A stretch of DNA of 62,974 nt, the filler included, from Octopus bimaculoides (Eukaryota), in NCBI RefSeq assembly GCF_001194135.2. It is 7 parts of 7 records of this genome, joined end to end, with 100 filler letters (N's around TTAATTAATTAA, not from the genome) between each part and the next. Parts side by side here need not be neighbours in the genome. Positions count along the whole stretch, not along the records: positions 1 to 17,392 come from NC_068982.1; 6 more parts are not named here. One strand, 5' to 3'. Both the position numbers and the translations under genes were made by a program. Below the pieces are notes generated by a model, which was given only the letters and a program-made list of their open reading frames with translations, was not told the origin of the DNA and made no database searches. Positions 1 to 13,089 of this stretch are shown here, piece by piece (position 1 is the first letter of the stretch; each line of letters opens with the position of its first letter).

Positions 1-901
1 GACGGTGTAGATGCAGTGGTTGACGGTGTAGATGCAGTGGTTGACGGTGTTGATGCAGTGGTCGACAGTGTTGATGCAGTCGTTGACGCTGTTGATGCAG
101 TGGTGGACGGTGTTGATGCAGTGGTTGACGGTGTTGATGCTGTGGTCGACGGTGTTGATGCAGTGGTCGACGGTGTTGATGCTGCGGTTGATGGTGTTGA
201 TATAGTGGTTGATGGTGTTAATGCTGTGGTTGACGGTGTTGATGCAGTGGTTGACTGTGTTGATGTAGTGGTTGATGCTGTGGTTGACGGTGTTGATTCA
301 GTGGTTGATGGTGTTGATGCAGTGGTTGACAGTGTTGATGCTGTAGTCGACGGTGTTGATGAAGTGGTGGACGGTGTAGATGCAGCGGTCGACGGTGTTG
401 ATGCAGTTGTCGATGGCGTTGATGCAGTGGTCGATTGTGTAGATGCTGTGGTTGACGGTGTTGATGCTGTGGTTGACGGTGTTGATGCTGTGGTCGACGG
501 TGTTGATGCAGTCGTGGACGGTGTTGATGCTGTGGTTGACTGTGTCGATGCAGTGGTTGACAGTGTTGATGGTTTTGATGCAGTGGTCGACGCTGTTGAT
601 GCCGTGGTCGACGGTGTAGATGCTGTGGTTGACGGTGTAGATGCAGTGGTCGATGGCGTTGATGCAGTGGTCGACGGTGTAGATGCAGTCGTTGACGGTG
701 TTGATGCAGTGGTGGATGGTGTTGATGCTGTGGTTGACGGTGTAGATGCAGTGGTTGACGGTGTTGATGCAGTGGTCGATGGTGTTGATGCTGTGGTCGA
801 CGGTGTTGATGCAGTGGTCGACGGTGTAGATGCACTGGTTGACGTCGTTGATGCACTGGTTGACAGCGTTGATTCATTGGTTGACAGTGTCGAGGTTTTT
901 T
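1..901 (-). CDS. Probable mucin-like PTS tandem-repeat exon (S-T-P-S-T-T-A x ~40), runs off the window start
   Basis: 21-bp unit GACGGTGTTGATGCAGTGGTT. The minus frame reads KTSTLSTNESTLSTSASTTSTSASTPSTTASTPSTTA... and I saw no stop. It is preceded on the minus strand by an acceptor-like ttctacAG (AG at 903-902, phase 1). Most unit-to-unit variation falls on shared third codon positions. Confidence 0.6.
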
Positions 902-2159
902 CTGTAGAAGTACATATAGAACATAGTAATTTTATATGAATTTTCATGCACATTACTAAATAAATCATTGAAATGTATTAACTTTCGAAGAATAATGTTT
1001 TTGCCTTCTCTGTGTTTTTTCCTGTTTTGATGTATTTATAAACTTGTACATTTTTCTGAAGGCTTTTTAATTATTACTGATGTACATCACGGTAGTTTAT
1101 GATACCGGACAATTTACTGACCTGTATATAGTTTATTTCTGAATTCCTCTGCAATATCTGTTACAAATGTATGTGTGAAAATTTTTGTGTTTGCTATAAC
1201 CTCCTCATCTGAATTTATCCTTGTGTATTACCTGTTATGTATAGTAATATGTGCTCTCTTTCTGTCTTCCTGTCTCTTTCTGTTCGTGATATCAGGAATG
1301 TGTCTATTAATTTGTCCATCTCTCTTACAATTACTAAATATGGAGCTTCCTGTCAGAATGGTTTCTACAGGCGTGCGAAGGATATATTTATAGATGTGGT
1401 GGTCAATTGATTTTGTGGATGATGTTGACCATGATGATGATGATGATGATGATGATGGCAATGACGACAATATTGATAGTTCTTCCATCAGTTTCACTCA
1501 TTTTCAATGATAATGATAGTGATGATGATGATAATGAAATGGCTAATTGTTTTTCCTACATTGCTGTGGATCCCAGAGTATAAGGAAGTGACTAAGCACA
1601 TGGCCTCAGCTAATGTCAAAGTGGCTGAACCTGCATATTGAGCAGCCAGTTTGAACTAAACTAACTGAAAGAAATTAATACATTTTATTTTCTCCATGGT
1701 GTCTAACTTTGTTGCTTTCTTTATATGTGTGACTATAATTGTATCAAATTTTCTTTCTGGCCCTAAGCCTTCTCCCACCAATTTCACTGTCTGAATTATA
1801 TCTTAAGGATAATAATAATATTGTCTCTCTTTCTTTCTGTCTATTTTGTTACTATCAATCTGTCTATCTCTCCTACAGGTACTATATATAGGGGTTCTCT
1901 ATCAACAGGTAAAACGCTTTCAATTCTTGTCAGCAATTTTCATACAGGACCATCTAGTGGTATGATTTCNNNNNNNNNNNNNNNNNNNNNNNNNNNNNNN
2001 NNNNNNNNNNNNNNNNNNNNNCTATGCACACCTTACCCCTACGTTTGTGGAGGAAGTTTGAGTGCTTGCATACATATAACATTCTCAGCAGAAACAGGAA
2101 CAGGCATATGCTTATGAATACAAAGTCCTTCCCAAATGAAGAATGCATAACAAAACAGA

Positions 2160-4400
2160 GGTTTGTGATTAGCAACTTCAAACTCAGAGCTAGAAGGATC
2201 TAGAGGCACAAATAATATGGAAAAGAAGGTTATGAAAGCTCAAAGTTCCTTCAGACAGGAAGGGATTTACAGGTGTTCTTAATGAAGCTTTGATGAGAAA
2301 GAAGAGACAGAGACATAAGATGAAGAGGATAACGAGAAGTTCTTGTAAAACAATCTACTGAGTACAACGGACCAAGCCAGAGGTTGGAGCAAAGCTTCTA
2401 CCAGACCAAGAGTGATATGGCGGTGAAACAGTGCGTTTGACAGGGCCATAAAAGAGAAGAGATGGTTGAGAAAAGTTTAGATTTGGGTTGCAAAGAACCA
2501 TATAAGATAGCTAAAAGGGAAGATAGTGTCAGATTTATCTTGCAAGGGCAGAAGCAGAAAGAGGTTGGCCAATGTCTTCCAGTATGAAGATCATTGATTG
2601 AAGGTGTTCCGGATTGCTAGGCAGTGTGTCAGAGAGAATCGAGATGTTGTGAGAGGGAAGTGTGTATGGATGAGTAATGGTTTGCATGTGCTTACAGATT
2701 CTGTAAGGAAAGAGGCATGGAAGAGCTACTATGAAAGACAATTAAATGTAGTGAAGGAATGGGAAATCCAATCGAAGGACCAGCTATCCTAGATTGCAGT
2801 ACGATAGATAAGGCAATTAAAGATATGAAGACAGAGAAAGCCCCTGATTTATCAGGAGTCACAGCTGAGTTGCCTAAAATATCTGGTAGAGTAGGACACA
2901 GTCTGATTACCCATATAATTATTTAGGTTATTCAGGAAGGCATAATCTACAGTGACTGTTGTAGCACCATCATTGGCAGGGACTACAAGGGTAAGGGAAA
3001 TGCCTTAGAAGTAATTATAGAAGCATCAAATTACTGGACCAAGTGATGAATGATATATAGAGAGTTATTGCCTAATTAATTAGAAACAAAATTAGACAAG
3101 ATGAAATGCAGTTTGGCTTTGTGCCCGGAGGAAGTATCACTGATGCTATTTCCATATCTAGGCAACTGTTAGAGGAGTATTTAGCTAATAACAATTCATT
3201 GTATTTGGCATTTGTTGATCTGAAGAAAGCCTTTTGACAAGGTACTTCACTCTGTGTTAGGGTGGTCACTGAGGAAGCTAAGAGTATACAAATGGCTTGT
3301 GAAAGTAGTACATCCCATATACAGGGATGTTGTTAGTAATGTAAGCGTTAACCATGAGTATAGTGATGAATTTTGTGTACAGGTAGCTGTTCACCATGGT
3401 TCAGTTCTCATCTCCCTGCTATTCATCATCGTTCTCCAGACCATAAGAGAGGAATTTAAGACTGGAAGCCAATTTAAACTACTATATGCTGATGGTCTTG
3501 CCCTCATAGCAGAATCTGTAACAGAACTAGAAAAGAAATTCCAGGTGTGGAAACAAAACTTGAGATTAAAGGGTCTTAAAGTTAACTAAGCAAAAACCAA
3601 GGTCCTAATTAGCATGAAATCAAACAGGACCTTACCTTATTGAAGGCCCTGCTCAATATGTAGGAAAGGTATTGTCAGTAATTCGATTTAGTGTACTCAG
3701 CACAAGCTATGATCACACAAGACGTGCAGTGGAATAATAGGAGGGTTAACAGAGAAAGTAGTGTTTGTATGTGGAAGATGTACAAGAGCAATAAAGCCTA
3801 CAGGAAATTGATTTCCTCAAATGTCTTGGAGGCTCTTTAGAAATACTAGATGGTTTCTGATACTTAGGTGACCTAATTAGCAGTGAAGTAGAATTTACTA
3901 AAAGTGTAATTGCTAAAATAAGAATAGGATGGAGAAATTTCAGACAGGTTTTTATCTCTGTTTCTGAGTGAAAGGAAGATTGTATGATGCATGTGTATGA
4001 ACATTGCTATATGGTATTAAGACATGAGCCCTGAATGCAGAGGACATGTGAAGACAGACAGGAATTAACATGGTATGCTTTGTTGGATGAGCAATGTCAG
4101 TGTGCATGTGTAACCAAGCACTAGTATATTGAGAGAAAAGTAAGGTGTAAAAGGAATGATATGCAGTGTACAAGAGAGAAGACTGTGCTTATTTGGTCTT
4201 GTGATGCATATTGATGTGGACTGTTGTATAAAGAAGTGCTGATCTCTTAAAGTGGCTGGAACTCGTGGGAGAGGGAGATTTAGGAAGATATGGGACAAAG
4301 TATTAAAAGCCAATTTCACTGTGCCTTATGAAGGAGATGGCAAAGGACCAAGACATCTGGTGCTTTGCTTCGCTCAAGAAGACCCATCATCCACAACCTA
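2160..4400 (+). mobile_element. Degenerate RTE-clade LINE (RT region and C-terminus)
   Basis: Fragments KVFRIARQCVRENRDV, DEMQFGFVPGGSITDAISI, VHHGSVLISLLFIIVLQTIREEFKTG..LLYADGLALIAES (YADD motif decayed); many stops and frameshifts. Confidence 0.9.
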
Positions 4401-5069
4401 ATTAATATCCTAAAACCATTTTGGTAATTCCAACCTCATCAACCTTCTTCCACTTTTCATTTAACACCCATCATGTTCCTCTTCACCTGAGGTCAGAATA
4501 GGCACACACTTTATCCTCTAGGTTTCTCAGTCACCTTTTCCTCTTTGCCTCCCACCCCATTGCCTTTCTTCCCCCATCTACTGTCTCCACCAATCACTTC
4601 CTTTCTATTCCCTCCCTCCCCTCCTTGTGCTGCTTTCTTATCAACACCTCACTTCCTGCTATCACCCTCAATACTTTCACATATCTACCATAATCCCCAC
4701 TGCCTCTGCTATATGTCCAGCATTTGCTAAAGTCACCTCATCCTGCCCACTCACCTAGTCCAAGCTTCTATATCACCATACTTATTTTGACCCCACCCCA
4801 CCCCAATGTCCCTTGAGATCATGTTCCAACACATCTTTGCCATCATCTCTCTCCCTGTCTCTCTCTCTTTATCTTACTCTGTAACTCACTCTCCTTTGTT
4901 TTCTAATTAGTGTACCTATATATCAATGCTAAAGCAAGACACCTGAAATCTCTCAAATGGCATAATACCAAACCCCCGCTCAATTCTACTCTCCCTTCTC
5001 CCCACTCAGTTGAGGAGGTTTTATCTTGCAAGGTACTTTGTAATCTTGTTGGAGCACTGGTGTTGATGG

Positions 5070-5370
5070 CACATAAAATGCTCTGATGACGGTGCCATGT
5101 TTAAAGCACTATTGATGGTGTCTCAAAAAAAGCATTGTTAATGGTGCTGTGTAAAAAGCGCTGGTGCTGGTGTCAGGTAAAAAGCACTGATGCTGATTCC
5201 ACATAAAGAGTACACAGTACACTCTGTAAAGTGGTGGACATTAGGAAGGGCTCCAGCTGTAGAAATCGTGCCAGAAACAGACAATGGAACCTGGTGTGGC
5301 TTCTGGCCTTGCCAGTCACTATAAAACCATCCAACCCATGCTATCTTGGAAAATTGATGTTAAATAACTT
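5070..5370 (+). mobile_element. RTE 3' UTR / tail fragment
   Basis: ttaggaaggg..ccagctgtagaaa..aacccatgcta..gatgttaaat, the same tail as at 7700, 12920, 16190, 36570, 49660 and 50800. Confidence 0.7.
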
Positions 5371-5607
5371 TTCTTTTATTTCTTTTACTTGTTTTAGTCA
5401 TTTGGTTGTGGACATGCTGGAGCACCACCTTTAGTCAAACAAATCTACCCCAGGACTTATTCTTTGTTATCCTAGTACTTATCTTGATATTATCTTGATC
5501 TTATGATATTTACTTTGCATTGTACTTTTAATTATAGATTTTTTCTATGTGACAGTGGATTTTCATCGATGAGTTCATAAACGTTGGTTCTTTTCCCTAA
5601 TACCATA

Positions 5608-5643
<36 letters not shown>

Positions 5644-6104
5644 GGGCTTCTTTCAGTTTCCCCTCTACCAAATTCACTCACAAGGCTTTGAATTGGCTTG
5701 AGGTTATATTAGAACATGCTTGTCCAAAGTACCACACAGTAGGTCTGAACCCAGAACCATTGTGTTTGTCTTGCATCCTTTAAACATTTTTCTCTTTCAT
5801 TTTTTGACTGTTGACTCCTGCATATTGTTCTAACCATTTCCCCCTTGCCTCTTGTGACTTGGAAACTTTTTGAAAATTAAAACAGGAATTAAATGAAAAA
5901 ATGTGTGAAAGTTACATGAATATATTTACAAGTGTGATTGAAATAAATGGCGATTGTGAAATGCCACATACACACACACACACACACATACACACATACA
6001 CAGCATATCAAATATCAGCATCTCTCTCTCCCACTTTTCCCCTCTCTTTGTGCCAACTTTCTTTCACCTTCACCTATAGAACAGACATACAGTATCTAAC
6101 ATCA

Positions 6105-6216
<112 letters not shown>

Positions 6217-6517
6217 CTATCTTTCTCTCTTTCAACTTCTCTTATAGAAACTTGTTTTCTCTCTCTGTTTCTTTCTGTCTTCTCTCTGTCTTTTTCTCAT
6301 TCTGTGTTTCTCTCACTCACACATATTCTCTCTCATCCACTGTAACAGTTTCTCTCTTTTAGTCTATGTCTGTTTCTTTCACTTTGTCTCTCTCTCTTTC
6401 TAACTCATTCTGACACTGTTTACATTTGTCCCTCCTTTTGCATCTGTTTACCATGATACACATTTAACCACTACATTAGATTTATAAACCCTAACATTCA
6501 CTCCATAATTGCCCACA

Positions 6518-6780
6518 GACATATGGCGTAGTGGTTAAGAGCATGGGCTACTAACCCCAAGATTCCGAGTTCGATTCCAGGTAGTGACCTGAATAATAAT
6601 AACAAACATTGAAATATACCTTGGGAATGAGAACCCAGGTTCAAAATTTCCCCAAGACACCTGATGAAGGCTGGAGGATATATCAGCCAAAACGTTGTGT
6701 TAACAACAAACAAGATGAGAACAAATATCCGACAATTGTAAATAATGTACATAATTCTTCATCTCTTAAATATAGAACTG
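6518..6780 (+). mobile_element. Short element with tRNA-derived head and downstream hammerhead-like tail
   Basis: Box A TGGCGTAGTGG (6523), 7-nt loop CTACTAA, box B GTTCGATTCC (6569); hammerhead-like motif at 6656-6701. Confidence 0.7.
6656..6701 (+). ncRNA. Minimal type I hammerhead ribozyme motif, core G12>A (probably inactive copy)
   Basis: GACAC-CTGATGA-A-GGCTGG..TCAGCC-AAAAC-GTT-GTGTT. Stem I and the 6-bp stem II pair; GAAAC is replaced by AAAAC. Confidence 0.7.
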
Positions 6781-6789
6781 AATGACTTT

Positions 6790-7400
6790 GGTCTTAGCAA
6801 GATTAACTTTAAGGCCCTTTGATTCCAGGTTTTGCTTCCATACCTAAAATTTCTTCTCCAACACAGATACTGCAATAAGAGCAAGGTCATCAGCAGGTAG
6901 TAATTCCCATGGGTAACCAGTTTTGAATTCCTCTGTTATGGCCAGGAGGGCTATAATGAATAGCAGTGGATTAAGAACTGAGCCCTGGTGAACCCCCGCC
7001 TGTATGCTGAATTCTTCACTGTATTCATTGCTGAGTCTCACCTTACTGATAGCCCCTCTGTACATGGTTTGTATGACTCTAACAAGATTCCTCTACTCCT
7101 AGCTTCCTTAGAGGCTACCATATAATAGAGCAAGGAACTCTGTCAAAAGCTTTCTCCAGGGTAACAAAAGCTGAGTACAGTGGCTAACTCTTGGCCAAAT
7201 ACTTTTTCTGCAGCTGTCTCACTAGGAAGCTGGCTTCTGGGGTACTCTTCCCAGATACAAAAACCAAATTGCATTTCATCTAATTTAATTTTATTCCTAA
7301 TCAGTTGAGCTATAACTCTCTCTCATGTTTTCTGAATCACTTTCACTTGCTCTTGACTTACACACACCATTAATTGCAGGCATGTTCACCAATTCACAAG
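6790..7400 (-). mobile_element. RTE LINE RT fragment (same family as 2160-4400)
   Basis: GVHQGSVLNPLLFIIALLAITEEFKTGYPWELLPADDLALIA; upstream DEMQFGF..GKSTPEASFLVRQLQKKYLAK..LYSAFVTLEKAFDR. Confidence 0.9.
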
Positions 7401-7689
7401 CACTCATAGATGAACTTGTAGACTTTTTTTTTTGAAACCAAAACAAGTCTAGAGTTGTTTGCTGAGAAGAAGCTTATTTTTCGCTCTCTATAAATTTCTT
7501 GGTAACATGCAGAAGCATCTGTTTTGGTTGTAGAAACTTTTGCACTTTGTTCAAAATTTGGATCTTATATTTGAAAAATTTCAGCTCACCATACAAAAGT
7601 GAGCTGTAAAATAAAACTTATAACCTAAGGGTCTCATAAAGTGGGTCCTCATAAAGTGAGAACATGTAAAAGTACTCATTACACTCTTG

Positions 7690-7980
7690 GAATGGCTGGC
7701 ATTAGGAAGGGCAGCCACAGAAACCATGCCAAATCAGACTAGAATCTGGTACAGCGTTTCAGCTTGTCAGTCCTGGTCAAACTGTTCAACCCATGCCAGT
7801 ATGAACAATGGATGTTAAATGATGATGATGATGATATATCAAAGTATATACACATACATACATATACATATGTATCGTGGCACTCCGTCGGTTACGATGA
7901 TGAGGGTTCCAGTTGATCGTATCAACGGAACAGCCTGCTTATGAAATTAACGTGTAAGTGGCTGAGTACTCCACATGCAA
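7690..7980 (+). mobile_element. RTE tail ending in (GAT)n, followed by a SINE fragment (ggcactccgtcggttacg..gaaattaacgtgtaagtggctgag)
   Basis: Tail motif as above; the second part recurs at 18640-18775. Confidence 0.65.
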
Positions 7981-8171
7981 GGAAACCACTTAGTGGTTTT
8001 CTTCTTAGCATATAATTACTTATGGTTATACACATATATATAAAAATAATTTACCGTCTATGGACAATTTTTACACATGCTAGCCACTGGTATAAATTAT
8101 TATTTTTAATAATTTTTACCCTTAATATGTTTATGTATATATATATATATAAATACACATACATATATATA

Positions 8172-9747
8172 CAGTATCTCATATATAAGTATCCATGCCC
8201 CTAAAAAAATTCAATAAAATTGTCATTACTCTGGTAATATTGAAGGGAAACAAACGAAATTTATACTGAATAAAGTATATTATACTTGCAAACATACAAA
8301 TTTGGAACTCAAAACAATAAACATTTTCAAAGATATGAACGAAATATTAATTTTTAAATGATACAAAAATATGTACACCCTAAAGGATTATTTGCTATAA
8401 TCAATATTTGGTGTGACCGTCCTTTCTTTCAATGATTGCATTAAGTCTTCTGGGCATAGAGTTGACTAAATTTCTTCATATAAACGATGAAATTGACCTC
8501 CATTCATCCTGAATGATGTCTTTCAACTGTTATGTTGCAGGGTATTTTTTGTCTCCTCAACATTCCTTTTCAAAACACACTACAGATGTTCTATTGGGTT
8601 AAAATTAGGTCACATGGTAGGCCAAGGCAATACCTTTACCTTTTTATTTGATTAAAAACTTAGATGGCATCTTTGAAGTGTGTTTAGGATCATTATCATG
8701 TTGGGACATGGAATATCTTCCTAGTTCCTTGATGCTTTTCAACATTGTTTTCTGCAATATGCCACAATAAAACCTTGGATCCAATCTTCTTTCAATAAAT
8801 GTGAGTCCTCCCATACCAGCTGCACTCATGCATCCCCAAAGCATAACACTTCCTCCGCTGTGTTTCACAGTACGCACAGTGCATTTGTTGCTATTATCTT
8901 CACCTGGTCATTGCCAAACTCACTTAATACCATCTGACCCAAACAAGTTGACTTTGGTCGCATCAGAAACAAGAATTTTATTCCGAAACTCCTTCGCTTA
9001 CATAGGTTTTGGCAAAAGAAAGACGACTTGATTTATGCCTGATAGTGAGGAGAGTCTTCCTATGAGGAATGCGTCCATGAAGACTACAATGGTTCAAACT
9101 TCAACAAACTGTTAGGACGGAGACACTCTTTCCACTAACAGAAGACATTTTTTGGGCCAAGGATGAAGTGGTACAACACCTGTCCTCCATCACACAGCGT
9201 TGGATGTTACGAATATCACGTGTGGTTAAAATAGAAAGACGACCTGGATGTTGTTATTGCTTAACCATCAAGTAGCCTTGTACTTCTGAATTAGTTTGGC
9301 AACTGTGCTAACACTAATATGTATTTGTTTGCTAATTAACTTGTATCCTAAATCATTCTTGTGCAAATCAAAAATAATTTTCTTCAAATCTGCAGACAAT
9401 TCTTTTCCTTTTCATGCCATATTAATCACATTGAAGATTTTCACCATGGAAGTTTTCAGCAATCTCTGAATTTAATTACAAAAAAGTCGGTAAAATATTG
9501 AATATAGCAAATTTCCTTTCAGGTGTACTTTTGTAACTTTTGAAAATTAACACTTCATTCATATCTTTGAAAATGTTTGTTGTTTTGTGTTCCAAATTTG
9601 TATAATGTTTATGCAAACATTATACAAATTTGGAACATATTTTAATCAGTATAAATTTTGTTTGATTTCCTTTAATATTATTAGAGTAATGGTAATTTTA
9701 CTGAAATTTTTTAGGGGTGTTGTGCATACTTCTGTGAGGAGATACTG
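8172..9747 (-). mobile_element. Full-length (1576 bp) Tc1-family DNA transposon with long TIRs, TA TSD and inactivated transposase
   Basis: TA|CAGTATCTC...GAGATACTG|TA ends, TIR similarity over about 150 bp. ATG at 9420 (MA*KGKELSADLKKII..); TVKHSGGSVMLWGCMSAAGMG, QHDNDPKHTS, WPTM*PNFNPIE motifs. Confidence 0.95.
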
Positions 9748-10020
9748 TACACACACACATGCATATTATATATACTAGCCTCTTGATAATATTTTCACAT
9801 TAGATTTTTATATTTTACATCTAATTATTTCTTTGTATAATAGTGCTCACTTGCTTAGTAAGTATTGCTTTCATTATTTTATCAGTCATAATCTCTTTTG
9901 TTTAAACAGACATCACAGTAGTCCAACAATAGAGGGAGAAGCAGTTGTCAGGTTTTACCTTCCCCTCAAAGCAACATAGAGATTTCAATTCAGTAGCCAT
10001 ACGTATACATGTATATGTAA

Positions 10021-10059
<39 letters not shown>

Positions 10060-10069
<10 letters not shown>

Positions 10070-10361
10070 TCTATGGTCACCCAACAGTACAAAATTAACA
10101 GCAGATCTTGAAGCAATCCAGTGAAGATTCACAAACATTGTCTCTTTGCAACTGCTCAGCTACTGGGAAAGGCTGAAACAGCTAAGTCTCTACTCCCTGA
10201 AGGCAAAGATGGAGAGATATGCAGTAATATACATCTGGAAGATCCTGGAAAGAATTGTGCCAAATTTTGGCATTGAAAGCTACACCAGAACCAGAATGGG
10301 TCAACACTACATAGTGCCAAAGATCCCAGCAAAGCCATCGCACTTCAGGACCAGTTACTGC
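10060..10361 (+). mobile_element. CR1/L2-like LINE C-terminal fragment
   Basis: WSP..LEAIQ*RFT..SYWERLKQLSLYSLKAKMERYAVIYIWKIL, matching the YxERLxxLxLxSL post-RT motif. Confidence 0.75.
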
Positions 10362-12919
10362 ANNNNNNNNNNNNNNNNNNNNNNNNNNNNNNNNNNNNNN
10401 NNNNNNNNNNNNNNNNNNNNNNNNNNNNNNNNNNNNNNNNNNNNNNNNNNNNNNNNNNNNNNGATAATCCTAATGTTATATATATTCTATATACATGTAA
10501 AGAGGGAAAGAGCTAAGGAGTGAAAGAAAGAAAGAAAGAGAGAGAGGGAGAGAGGAAGTGAGATAAAGGGAGAAAAGATAAGAGAGATTGGTAGAAATAA
10601 GAGACAAATGAGATAGAAAGAAATCTTGGTGTTCTAACGTTGATTTTGTATATCCCATGCAAATGAGAACTGGATAATTTATACTTCCGTAGCTTGTGGA
10701 ATGGATTATCAGAAAGATTTAGAAGTGAGTGAAAATATGAGTGCAAATGAGGAGTAAAAATATGTGGAGAGAGTGGAAAGACTGAGAAGGGAAACCATTA
10801 ATAAATGAGAGGCACGAAAGTAGAGTGAGGAGATATAGGTGTAAGGTAATGAGGGTGGTAGAAAGAGCAAGACAGGGGTAATGAGAGAGCGAGAGAGAGA
10901 GGGAGAGGATAAAAGGAAACATGAGAGAGACAGAGAGAGGTTGAAAAGGAAAGAGAGAGACAGAGAAAAGGAAGGACAGAGAGAGATTGAATAGGAAGAA
11001 GAGAGGCAGAGCCATAATTTGCATAGAAATATGAAGAGATGATGGGTTCCTTTTGAAATGAAAGGCAGAGCATACAATGAAAAGGAATATACCTGTTGGT
11101 GGTTGCACGGTTACTTTTGTATTTGGTTTGTTAGACGGTTCTAGAAATTGGAGGAAAAAAGTTGTTGAAAAATATAATGGTTTTGCAACACCTCTCATGC
11201 ATTACGAATTTTGAAAAAGATACCTTGTAAGTTATTTAATTAACTCTCTTGATATCTTGAATAAAATTTATAATGAGACTTGAATTAAGTGTTTGTGAAC
11301 GTAAGGCAGAAAATTGGAGAGAATAGATATGTATGTATTAATGAGAGAGCAAAAGTGGAGGAGGAGAGTGTGAGAGAAGGCAGGTAGAATGAGTGAGAGA
11401 GAGTGAAGGACGATAGCATGTGAGAGATAGGGAGAAATGCTTGGAGTTGTTAGCAGTATGAATAGCTTTGGGAGATGTGGAAGCATTCAGATAAACTTTG
11501 CCAAATGAGAAACACATTTCAGTTGTCTCATTTTCAGATATTCTTACACCGCACTTGGTGTGCACTTTCTACAGGGGATAATGAAGTCGGTTTTTGCTCG
11601 ATTAATAAACATAGGTTTGTATATATTTAAANNNNNNNNNNNNNNNNNNNNNNNNNNNNNNNNNNNNNNNNNNNNNNNNNNNNNNNNNNNNNNNNNNNNN
11701 NNNNNNNNNNNNNNNNNNNNNNNNNNNNNNNNNNNNNNNNNNNNNNNNNNNNNNNNNNNNNNNNNNNNNNNNNNNNNNNNNNNNNNNNNNNNNNNNNNNN
11801 NCTGTTGATAATTTAATTCTCTCAATTTCTTTACACCTCTCTTGTCTCTATTGTAGCATTATGTTTTGTGAATGTTTGAAATTGCACATTGTATTTTCCT
11901 CAAGATCATATCCTTGTTCAGTGTCATATAGCTGCTCTAGTCTTTGGACACAATTATACAAAACGTATTATGAATATGTTTTATGATTTTAGCATGATAA
12001 AATTTTCAAAAATGTTCTTAAAACACTGCAGACTGTATGAGCATTGAACAGTTCTGTTAATATGCATTTCAGTCCTGTATTGTGTGATAAGTAAGTAATT
12101 GAGAAAGCATCAGATGGGCTAGATTTCATTTGAATTATACCTCTAGTCATACCTTTAATAGCGTTGAAGGTGGGACAAATATAAAATTCTGGTACCATAG
12201 CTACATAACTCAGGCATAGTAGTATGTGAGTTGACCTGAACAGCAGATGAATATATTGAAGATGTTGCTAGCCTCGCTGTAATACAGTAGCTTGCTTTGA
12301 TATAGTAGTCTTATTCTGAGCTATACAGTAGACTTGATCTCAGTTGCTGCCAGGCCTTGGTCAAAGACACATGTCTTCACTTCGACTCCTCACGTTATCT
12401 CCCATATATGTTATTCACATGTCTAGTCACCTCAAGACAATATATAATGGTTTGTAAAGAAAGATATTTCATCACACACACATACTCAAAATGATTTTTC
12501 TCATTATACACATGCATACATACTTTAATACAAATATTATATGTTACTTCTTTGAGAGCAAAAGCAAAAATCAAAATTTCCTATGTAAACATACGTTTTT
12601 GTATCATACCACATGCTTCCATCACCAAAGGTGAACACAGAAGAAAGTATATATTTATTCACAAAAATGTTTTATGGTGATTCATACTAACTGTTTTATC
12701 ATTTAATAATAATCACTTGAACACCCAACGACTGCAGCTATAAAATGGTGACCCTGACATAAAAAAAATATACATATATATACACATATACATATACATA
12801 TATATACATGCATGTATATGCATGTATATATATATATGCATAAACATATATATACAAACATACATATATGCATACATATATATATACATATATATATACA
12901 TACATATATATATATACAC

Positions 12920-13067
12920 AGCGTTAGGAAGGGCATCCAGCTGTAGAAACTCTGCCAAATCAGACTGGAGCCTGGTGTTGCCATCCGGTTTCACCAGTCC
13001 TCAGTCAAATCGTCCAACCCATGCTAGCATGGAAAGCGGACGTTAAACGATGATGATGATGATGATG
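12920..13067 (+). mobile_element. RTE tail / SINE-like 3' end with (GAT)n terminus
   Basis: gcgttaggaagggcatccagctgtagaaactctgcc..catggaaagcggacgttaaac(gat)n. Confidence 0.8.
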
Positions 13068-13089
13068 AGAACATAAATAACCGATAATT

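Noticed and set aside
16-939. Plus-strand (VDGVDAV)n 307-aa ORF and minus-strand His/Gln ORF 218-877 as genes
   Set aside because: Likely alternative frames of the same repeat. The PTS minus frame has an acceptor and a known protein class, and the His/Gln frame takes the variation as non-synonymous changes.
1232-1340. Possible upstream minus-strand exon for the mucin (phase-1 donor at 1231)
   Set aside because: Splice signals are plausible, but the peptide is unrecognisable and the region is AG-rich low-complexity; unsupported.
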